From Acidimicrobiales bacterium (lineage in GTDB: Bacteria > Actinomycetota > Acidimicrobiia > Acidimicrobiales > CADCSY01): a stretch of 49,768 nucleotides of DNA. The stretch spans positions 1 to 49,768 of the forward strand of contig JBBDQT010000053.1 of NCBI GenBank assembly GCA_040905815.1, read 5' to 3'. Under the pieces are notes generated by a model. The model searched no databases. It saw only the letters and a program-made list of their open reading frames with translations, and had not been told where the DNA came from. Below are positions 27,697-34,822 of this stretch, piece after piece (within the stretch, counting starts at the first letter, position 1; each line of letters begins with the position of its first letter). The position numbers were made by a program, and so were the translations under genes.

Positions 27697-27846
27697 TCAG
27701 GCCCTTCCTCGTTCACAAGCGAACAAGCGCGGGGTGGTGTACCCTCCGACGGCCCAACCCCCGACCACGTGGTGCGACCCGGCGCTCCCGGGTCATCCGT
27801 GGCCAGCCGTCGGCCTCCGCCACGGCGCAACGAGCAAGGAGCCCTG

Positions 27847-28125
27847 GTGCCTGCCGAGACCGCCCCGATGGACCGAACCGCGGTCTTCGAGATCATCCGC
27901 GACCGCCTGGCTGACATCCTGGAGATCGACGCGTCGTCGATCTCCGAAGGTCAGTCGTTCACCGATGACCTCGAAGCCGACAGCCTCGCGCTCATCGAGC
28001 TGGTCGAGGCGATCGAGGAGGCCATGAGCGACCAGGTCGAGGGCTTCCGCATCGAGGACGATGACCTCGAGGACCTCAAGACGGTGCGCGACGCCGTCGA
28101 CTACGTCTGCGCCCGACTCTCCTGA
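27847..28125 (+). CDS. acpP: acyl carrier protein
   Basis: DDLEADSLALIELVEAIEE (DSL phosphopantetheine-attachment site). GTG at 27847 lies 5 nt after AAGGAG; ATG at 27868 is the alternative. Confidence 0.85.
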   Translation: MPAETAPMDRTAVFEIIRDRLADILEIDASSISEGQSFTDDLEADSLALIELVEAIEEAMSDQVEGFRIEDDDLEDLKTVRDAVDYVCARLS

Positions 28126-28139
28126 GAGCGGTCCAAGCC

Positions 28140-28877
28140 GTGGCTCCCGAGCTCGAGGCGCTCACCGCGCGCCTGCGTCGCCGCTTCCACGACGAGGCCC
28201 TGCTCGGGTGTGCCCTCGCCCACCGGTCGTGGTGCGCGGAGACGCCCGGCATGCCGTCGAACGAGCGCCTCGAGTTCCTCGGAGACGCGGTGCTCGGCCT
28301 CGTCGTGACCGACCACATCTTCCGCAGCTACCCGCACCTCCCCGAGGGCGAGCTGGCGAAGGTCCGGGCGACGGTGGTGAGCGCCGCTGCGCTCGCCGAG
28401 GTCGCGCTCGAGCTCGAGCTCGGCGAGGCGATCCTCCTCGGCAAGGGCGAGGCGCAGAGCGGGGGCCGTGAGAAGCCGTCGATCCTCGCCGACGCCCTCG
28501 AAGCCGTCATCGGCGCCACTTACATCGACGGCGGGTGGAGCGCAGCCGCCGAGCTCGTGCTCGACCTGCTCGGGGCGCGCATCGCCGAAGCCGCCCTCGG
28601 GCCCGGAGGCCAGGACTACAAGACCCGCCTCCAGGAGCTGGCTGCCCGCAGCTCGGGCGGCCTGCCCTCCTACGAGGTCGACGACGAGGGCCCCGACCAC
28701 GCGAAGCGCTTCGTCGCCACGGTGGTGGTCGGCGGCCGTCGCCACGGCCGGGGCGAGGGCCGATCCAAGAAGCAGGCCGAGCAGGCCGCCGCCAGGGATG
28801 CCTGGCACGAGCTGCGAGACGCCCTGCCGGGCGACGAGGCCACCACGACGAACGACGAGGACGACGCTGATGCCTGA
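28140..28877 (+). CDS. rnc: ribonuclease III
   Basis: NERLEFLGDAVLGLVV signature, DALEAVIGA, C-terminal dsRBD (DYKTRLQELA...GEGRSKKQAEQAAA). Confidence 0.95.
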   Translation: MAPELEALTARLRRRFHDEALLGCALAHRSWCAETPGMPSNERLEFLGDAVLGLVVTDHIFRSYPHLPEGELAKVRATVVSAAALAEVALELELGEAILLGKGEAQSGGREKPSILADALEAVIGATYIDGGWSAAAELVLDLLGARIAEAALGPGGQDYKTRLQELAARSSGGLPSYEVDDEGPDHAKRFVATVVVGGRRHGRGEGRSKKQAEQAAARDAWHELRDALPGDEATTTNDEDDADA

Positions 28878-29703
28878 GCTGCCGGAGATCGAGACGCTGC
28901 GGCGCGACCTCGAGAAGGAGGTCGTCGGGAGGAAGATCAAGGCGGTCGAGGTGCTCGGCACCAAGGTCATCCCCCGCCACAAGGCGAAGAAGCCGTTCCA
29001 GGAGCGCCTCGAGGGCGTGAAGATCGACGGCATCAGCCGCAAGGGGATGTGGCTCCTCCTCCGCCTCGGCGAGGACGTGCTCGCCTTCAACATGGGCACG
29101 ACGAGCCAGATCGTGAAGGCGGCCACCAAGGAGAAGGTCTCGCCCGACACCCAGATCGTCATCACGTTCACCGTCGGTGGGCAGCTGCGCTTCATCGACG
29201 CCAAGGCGACGGGCGAGGCGTTCGTCACGAGCGCCGAGGACCTCGACGCGGAGCTGCCCGAGCTCAAGGCGATGGGCTTCGATCCGCTCGAGGACGTCAT
29301 CAGCTGGAACACCTTCGGCGCCGCCCTCAACCGCGAGAAGACGAGGCTCAAGCAGCTCCTGATGGACTCGAAGTTCATGGCCGGCATCGGCACCGTGTAC
29401 TCCGACGAGATCCTGTGGGCAGCCGGCCTGCGCTACGACCGCGAGGCGTCGAGCCTCACGACCCAGGACGTGCGACGCCTCCACCGGGCGCTGCTCGAGA
29501 CGCTCCACGACGGCGTGAAGTACCGGGGCGTCTCCCAGCCCCGCGACGCGTACGTCGACTACTACGGCAAGCCGGGCGGTTTCGGCAACGAGCTCAAGGT
29601 CGTCGGTCGCGACGGGCAGCCGTGCCGCCGCTGCCGGCAGTCGGTGGTCAAGAGCCGCTACGGCTCGAAGTTCACCTACCACTGCGGTTCCTGCCAGGTC
29701 TAG
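28870..29703 (+). CDS. divergent Fpg/Nei-family DNA glycosylase at the canonical rnc-linked position
   Basis: (M)PELPEIE N-terminus, H2TH-like FMAGIGTVYSDEILWAAGL, zinc finger CRRCRQ...YHCGSCQ. NMGTTS replaces HLGMTG and T replaces the GNIY Asn. The ATG at 28870 overlaps the rnc 3' end by 8 nt. Confidence 0.8.
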   Translation: MPELPEIETLRRDLEKEVVGRKIKAVEVLGTKVIPRHKAKKPFQERLEGVKIDGISRKGMWLLLRLGEDVLAFNMGTTSQIVKAATKEKVSPDTQIVITFTVGGQLRFIDAKATGEAFVTSAEDLDAELPELKAMGFDPLEDVISWNTFGAALNREKTRLKQLLMDSKFMAGIGTVYSDEILWAAGLRYDREASSLTTQDVRRLHRALLETLHDGVKYRGVSQPRDAYVDYYGKPGGFGNELKVVGRDGQPCRRCRQSVVKSRYGSKFTYHCGSCQV

Positions 29704-29718
29704 GCCCGGGACCCCAGC

Positions 29719-30441
29719 TCAGGCCGAGACGTCGCCCCGGCCCTGGGGAAGGTCGGGGACGGGGTCGAGGTCGAAGCCGTCCCGCAGGTGGGACGTGTCG
29801 TTGAACCGGCGCACCACCCAGCGCTCGCCGATCACGACGAGGTGGGAGATCGAGCCGTTGTCGCTCCCGACGAAAGCGAAGCCCCGGCTGGCGCCCACCG
29901 CGAAGCGGAGGAGCTCACCGATGACGCCTCCGTGGGCGAACACCGCCACCCGCTGGTCGGGGTGGGCGGCAACGATGCGCTCGCTGGCGGCCTGCACCCG
30001 AGCGCTGAACTCATCCTGAGGCTCGGCGCCGGGGACGACGTCCCAGCGCTCCTCGGAGATCACCCGCTGCGCGATCGGGTCCCGCTCCGCCATCCGCTCG
30101 CGGAACACCCCGCCCTCCCACTCGCCGAGGAACACCTCACGCAGGTCGGGCTCGATGACCGGCGTGAGCCCGAGACTCGCCGCCAGCGGCGCGGCCGTCT
30201 CGTGGGTGCGGCGCAGGTTCGTGACGTAGATCGCATCCAGGCGCTCGCGAGCGAGGCGCTCGGCGACCCGCTCGGCCTGCTCCCACCCCTCGGGTGCGAG
30301 CGCGGGGTCGCCGTGCCCGTCGACGAGGGTGAAGGAGCGCCCGGGGACATGCGGTTCCGACTCGCCGTGTCGCACCAGCAGCAGCTCGGTCGAGCCGGGG
30401 GGCCGCCGGAAGCGGGTCTGTCGGTACTCCTGCTCGGCCAT
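29719..30441 (-). CDS. histidine phosphatase (phosphoglycerate-mutase-like) family protein
   Basis: LLLVRHGESE catalytic RHG motif, RRTHETAAP, VFAHGGVIG. Confidence 0.85.
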   Translation of the reverse strand: MAEQEYRQTRFRRPPGSTELLLVRHGESEPHVPGRSFTLVDGHGDPALAPEGWEQAERVAERLARERLDAIYVTNLRRTHETAAPLAASLGLTPVIEPDLREVFLGEWEGGVFRERMAERDPIAQRVISEERWDVVPGAEPQDEFSARVQAASERIVAAHPDQRVAVFAHGGVIGELLRFAVGASRGFAFVGSDNGSISHLVVIGERWVVRRFNDTSHLRDGFDLDPVPDLPQGRGDVSA

Positions 30442-30516
30442 GGCGGCGAGGCTACGCGCGGCGTAGATGACCTCGGTCGACGAAGCCGGGGGGCCGGATG
30501 GCGTGCCGGCCGGCGC

Positions 30517-32397
30517 TCACGCCACCGCCAGGTCGGGATCGTCGTCGAACCGCGTGCGGTGCAGGTCGGTGTAGCGACCGCCGAGTGCGAGGAGCTCCAG
30601 GTGGCTCCCGCGCTCGACGATCCTGCCGTCCTCAACGACGAGGATCACGTCGGCGTCGCGGATCGTCGAGAGCCGGTGGGCGATGACTATTGCCGTGCGA
30701 CCCGCGAGGGCCCGCGCCAAGGCTGCCTGGACGTCCGCCTCCGAGGTCGAGTCGAGGTGCGCGGTGGCCTCGTCGAGGATGACGACCTTCGGCTGCGCGA
30801 GCAGGATGCGGGCGATCGTGAGGCGTTGCCGCTCGCCGCCGGAGAACCGGTACCCGCGCTCGCCCACCACCGTGTCGAGCCCGTCGGGGAGCGCCTCGAT
30901 GAGGGTGGTCAGCCGGGCGGCCCGCAGTGCCGCCCACAGCTCGGCGTCGGTGGCCTCCGGCCGTGCGAACAGGAGGTTCTCGCGGACGGTGTCGTGGAAC
31001 AGGTGCCCGTCCTGGGTGACGAGGCCCACCGTCTCCCTGATGGCGTCGAAGGAGAGATCGCGCACGTCGGTCCCGAACAGGCGAACCGAGCCGCGGTCGA
31101 CGTCGTAGAGCCGTGGCACGAGGGACGCGATCGTCGACTTGCCGCTGCCGGAGGTGCCGACGATCCCGACGAGCTGCCCGGTGTCCACGCGGAAGGACAC
31201 GCCGTGGAGCACCTCGGCACCGGCCCGCGCGTCGATCGTGGCCACGTCCTCCAGCGACGCGAGCGACACCTTGTCTGCTGCCGGGTAGGCGAAGTGCACG
31301 TCTGCGAGCTCGACCGCGACCGGTCCGTCGCCTGCTGCGAGCGCTCCCGGCGCCTCGAGGATCATCGGCTCGAGGTCGAGCACCTCGAAGACGCGCTCGA
31401 AGCTGACGATGGCGGTCATCGCGTCGACGCGGGCGTTGGCGAGCGCGGTGAGGGGTGCGTAGAGGCGGGTGAGGAGCAGGGCCAGCGTGACCACGGTCCC
31501 GGCACCGAGTCGACCGTGCACGGCGAAATAGCCGCCGAGACCGTAGACGAGCGCCAGCGCGAGGGCGGAGACGATCGCGAGCGCGCTCATGAACACGTAC
31601 TGGCCAATCGCCGTGCGCACCCCGATCACGGCGACGCGCTCCGCCCTCGCGCCGAACTCCTCGGCCTCCCGCTCCGGCCGGCCGAACAGCTTCACGAGGG
31701 TCGCCCCCGGGGCCGAGAACCGTTCGGTCATCTGGGTCGTCATGGCCGAGTTGTGGCCTGCGGCCTCGCGCTCCAGGGTCGCGAGCCGCGCCCCCATGCG
31801 ACGGGCCGGCACCACGAAGATCGGCAGGAGGCCGAGGGCGAGCAGCGTGATCGGCCACGACAGGCGCAGCATCACGGCGAGCGTCAGGGCGAGGGCGATC
31901 AGGTTGCTCACGACACCCGACAGCGCACCGGTGAACGCCCGTTGCGCGCCGATCACGTCGTTGTTCAACCTGCTCACGAGGGCTCCGGTCCTGGTCCTCG
32001 TGAAGAACGCCACCGGCATCCGCTGGACGTGGGCGAACACCGCTCGACGCAGGTCGAGGATGAGCCCCTCGCCGATCCGGGACGACTGCCAGCGCTCCGC
32101 CACGCCCACCGCTGCGTCCAACACGGCGATCAGGGCGATGAGGACGGCGAGCGCGATCACCCGGCCGTCATCCTGGCCGCCGACGATCTCGTCGACCACC
32201 TGTCCGGCGAGGACGGGCGTGGCGACGGTGAGCAGTGCGGAGCCGATGCTGAGGAGGAGGAAGCCGAGGAGTGCTTGTCGATGTGGCGCAGCGAAGGCGC
32301 CGATGCGTGCCAGCGTCTCGCGGGTGAAGGCGCGTGCGGGTCGTGGACCCTGCATGGCGCTCTCGAGGGCCATCCAGTGCCCGAAGTCCATCTGCAT
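30517..32397 (-). CDS. fused TMD-NBD ABC exporter (MsbA/MdlB-like)
   Basis: Six TM helices followed by GIVGTSGSGKST (Walker A), FSGGERQRLTIAR (signature), VVILDEATAHLD (Walker B). The true start may be an internal Met (32391 or 32355). Confidence 0.9.
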   Translation of the reverse strand: MQMDFGHWMALESAMQGPRPARAFTRETLARIGAFAAPHRQALLGFLLLSIGSALLTVATPVLAGQVVDEIVGGQDDGRVIALAVLIALIAVLDAAVGVAERWQSSRIGEGLILDLRRAVFAHVQRMPVAFFTRTRTGALVSRLNNDVIGAQRAFTGALSGVVSNLIALALTLAVMLRLSWPITLLALGLLPIFVVPARRMGARLATLEREAAGHNSAMTTQMTERFSAPGATLVKLFGRPEREAEEFGARAERVAVIGVRTAIGQYVFMSALAIVSALALALVYGLGGYFAVHGRLGAGTVVTLALLLTRLYAPLTALANARVDAMTAIVSFERVFEVLDLEPMILEAPGALAAGDGPVAVELADVHFAYPAADKVSLASLEDVATIDARAGAEVLHGVSFRVDTGQLVGIVGTSGSGKSTIASLVPRLYDVDRGSVRLFGTDVRDLSFDAIRETVGLVTQDGHLFHDTVRENLLFARPEATDAELWAALRAARLTTLIEALPDGLDTVVGERGYRFSGGERQRLTIARILLAQPKVVILDEATAHLDSTSEADVQAALARALAGRTAIVIAHRLSTIRDADVILVVEDGRIVERGSHLELLALGGRYTDLHRTRFDDDPDLAVA

Positions 32398-32400
32398 GTC

Positions 32401-32458
32401 GAGGATGTTTGCACTTCAAGTGAGGTTCAAGTCAAGGGGAGACATCCCCGAAGATCCT
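32401..32458. promoter_or_regulatory. lowest-GC segment of the window, in the divergent ABC-exporter / BNR-gene gap, with phased direct repeats (candidate promoter/operator)
   Basis: TTCAAGT occurs at 32415-32421 and 32426-32432 (11-nt phasing). The outer inverted repeat is GAGGAT (32401-06) / ATCCTC (32453-58). An inner GGGGA-GACA-TCCCC hairpin is also present. Confidence 0.35.
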
Positions 32459-32494
32459 CATGTCTCTCGACGGCGCTGGGCGTACTGTGCCGGT

Positions 32495-33577
32495 GTGGAG
32501 CGACGAGCAGCGGTCGGTACCGCCAAGGGCCTCTTCCTGATCGACGGCGACGGGCAGCGGGGGCCGTTCTTCCCGGGCGAGCGGGTGCCCGCGATCGCCA
32601 TGGCCACCGACGGGCGGGTCGTGGCCGCGTCGGTCAGCGAGCACTGGGGGCCGACGCTGCGGCTCTCGGGCGACTTCGGCGAGACGTGGACCGAGCACGA
32701 CGAGCGCAGCATCGCCTTCCCCCCTGGTCTCACCTGGACGGACCACTGGTCGGGCGAGACCAAGCCGGCCGCCGTCACGCAGGTGTGGCAGCTCGCGCTG
32801 GCGCCGGGCGGCGACATCTGGGCGGGCACCGAGCCGGCAGCGTTGTTCCGGTCCACCGACGGGGGGAAGACCTTCGATCTCGTCATGGGACTCTGGGATC
32901 ACCCGCACCGGGATCAGTGGTTCCCCGGGGGCGGCGGGCTCGCGCTGCACACCATCCTCTTCGACCCGCGCGACGAGCAGCGCATGCACGTCGCCATCTC
33001 CGCCGGCGGTGTCTACCGGACCGATGACGACGGCGAGACGTGGGTGGCTCGCAACAAGGGCGTCGCCGGCGCCGTCGGCCCCGACGAGGACACGGAGTTC
33101 GGGCAGTGCGTCCACAAGGTCGACCGGGACGCCGGCGACCCCGACGTGCTCTACCTCCAGAACCACGGAGGCCTCTACCGCAGCGACGACCGGGGTGACA
33201 CGTGGGTGTCGATCGCCGAGGGCGTCCCCTCCGACTTCGGCTTCCCGATGGTGACCCACCGCCACCGCCCCGGGACGGCGTTCGTCATCCCGCTCGACCA
33301 CGACCTCGGCCGCATCGTCCCCGAAGGAAGGTGCCGGGTGTACCGGACCGCCGACAGGGGTGCCTCGTGGGAGCCGCTGACCGCGGGGCTTCCGCAGGAC
33401 GGGGCGTTCATGACCGTCCTGCGGGACGCGTTCTGCGCCGACACCGGCGACCCGATGGCCCTCTGGTTCGGCACGCGGTCGGGTCACGTCTACCACTCCG
33501 AGGACGAAGGCGAGCACTGGCGCTGCGCCGCCGAGCTGCTGCCGGACGTCCTGTGCGTCCGCGCGGTCGCGACCTGA
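32495..33577 (+). CDS. BNR/Asp-box repeat beta-propeller protein (sialidase/sortilin-VPS10-like fold), function unknown
   Basis: Five Asp-box-like motifs: STDGGKTF, TDDDGETW, SDDRGDTW, TADRGASW, SEDEGEHW. No signal peptide seen. GTG at 32495 chosen (VERRAAVGTAKGLFLI). Confidence 0.75.
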   Translation: MERRAAVGTAKGLFLIDGDGQRGPFFPGERVPAIAMATDGRVVAASVSEHWGPTLRLSGDFGETWTEHDERSIAFPPGLTWTDHWSGETKPAAVTQVWQLALAPGGDIWAGTEPAALFRSTDGGKTFDLVMGLWDHPHRDQWFPGGGGLALHTILFDPRDEQRMHVAISAGGVYRTDDDGETWVARNKGVAGAVGPDEDTEFGQCVHKVDRDAGDPDVLYLQNHGGLYRSDDRGDTWVSIAEGVPSDFGFPMVTHRHRPGTAFVIPLDHDLGRIVPEGRCRVYRTADRGASWEPLTAGLPQDGAFMTVLRDAFCADTGDPMALWFGTRSGHVYHSEDEGEHWRCAAELLPDVLCVRAVAT

Positions 33578-33587
33578 GCGGCCGACG

Positions 33588-33929
33588 GTGCCTGTCTCGG
33601 TGCGCTTGCCGACGATCCTCGGCGACCACGCCGGCGGCGCTCGCACCCTCGAGCTGGAGGGCGGCACCATCGGCGACGTGCTGCGAGCGCTCGACGACCG
33701 GTTCCCTGCCGTGGGTCGCCGGGTGCTCGATGAGCAGGGACGCATCCGACGCCACGTCCACGTCTACGTGGGCGACGAGCGGGTGCGCTCGCTGACCGAG
33801 GCGACCCCGAGTGGCACCGAGGTCACGATCATGGCTGCCATCTCGGGTGGCATGGGCCTCGCCGCGGCGCCGCCTCAGGCAGGCCGGTCCGCCGTCACGA
33901 CCCAGACGGCGGCGCCGAGACCGACCTGA
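33588..33929 (+). CDS. CysO-like ThiS/MoaD ubiquitin-fold protein with a 25-aa extension beyond the Gly-Gly
   Basis: VSVRLPTILGDHAGGARTLELEGGTIGDVL...RRHVHVYVGDERVR...GTEVTIMAAISGG (GG = aa 87-88, nt 33846-33851), then MGLAAAPPQAGRSAVTTQTAAPRPT. The GTG lies 10 nt after the BNR gene stop. Confidence 0.7.
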   Translation: MPVSVRLPTILGDHAGGARTLELEGGTIGDVLRALDDRFPAVGRRVLDEQGRIRRHVHVYVGDERVRSLTEATPSGTEVTIMAAISGGMGLAAAPPQAGRSAVTTQTAAPRPT

Positions 33930-34729
33930 CCTTCGGAGACACGAGGGGCGAGCTCCTCCTCGAGCGACCTCGCCGCCGCGGCCCGCTGCTCGGGCGACGC
34001 CGATCTGAGCAGCATGCGCCCGAAGTTGTCCTCCAGGTAGAACTCGACGGCCTCCTCGACCGTCGTGGCGCCACCGACCGCGACGGTCGTCGTCACCCCC
34101 TCGATCTCCACGTCCGCCCAGCCTGTTGCCTCGAGGACCCCCCTGGTGTGGTCGGGGTCACCGAAAGCGAACGGACCGGGCGCTCCGGGAGGCGGCGGCT
34201 CTGGCAGCTCCACGTAGGGCCTGAAGGCCGTGAGCGCGGCCACGACCCACTCGTTGGCCGGGGCAGCCTGCCAGCACACGAACGAGAGGCGTCCGCCCTC
34301 GACCGTCGCGGCGTGCAAGTTCGCGAACGCGGCGACCGGGTCGGCGAAGAACATGATGCCGAAGCGGCTGATGACGACGTCGAACGGCTCGGCGAAGCGG
34401 TGCACCTGTGCGTCCGCTCCCACGAAGGTCGCTGACGCAACCCGGGCTCGCTCCGCACGTTCCCGCGCCAGCTCCAGAAGGGGGAGCGAGACGTCGGTCC
34501 CCACGACCGAGCCGCCCGGGCTGACGCGGGCGGCGGCTTCGAGGGAGAGCTGCCCCGCCCCGCACCCGACATCGAGGATGCGCTCGCCGGGCCGGAGGTG
34601 GGCGGCGTCGAGCGCCAGCCAGCCGAGCGGTGCCAGCATCCCGTCGTAGCGGCCCGGGTGTGTCACCCACGACGACGCGACCTCGCTGTTCCAGAGCGAC
34701 ACCATCTCCGTGTTGCTGTTCTCGGCCAT
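33875..34729 (-). CDS. class I SAM-dependent methyltransferase
   Basis: ILDVGCGAGQLS (motif I), VVGTDVS, FDVVISRFGIMFF. ATG at 34729; the rest of the 1445-aa ORF is antisense to smc and spurious. Confidence 0.85.
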   Translation of the reverse strand: MAENSNTEMVSLWNSEVASSWVTHPGRYDGMLAPLGWLALDAAHLRPGERILDVGCGAGQLSLEAAARVSPGGSVVGTDVSLPLLELARERAERARVASATFVGADAQVHRFAEPFDVVISRFGIMFFADPVAAFANLHAATVEGGRLSFVCWQAAPANEWVVAALTAFRPYVELPEPPPPGAPGPFAFGDPDHTRGVLEATGWADVEIEGVTTTVAVGGATTVEEAVEFYLEDNFGRMLLRSASPEQRAAAARSLEEELAPRVSEGQVGLGAAVWVVTADRPA

Positions 34730-34822
34730 GGCCGCAGTCCAGCACCCCCGCGCCCGGCGTGCTCGATCGCCGCTGCGTGGTCGCACCGGGGCGGGCCGGC
34801 GAGCAGTACCGTCGCGCCCGGC

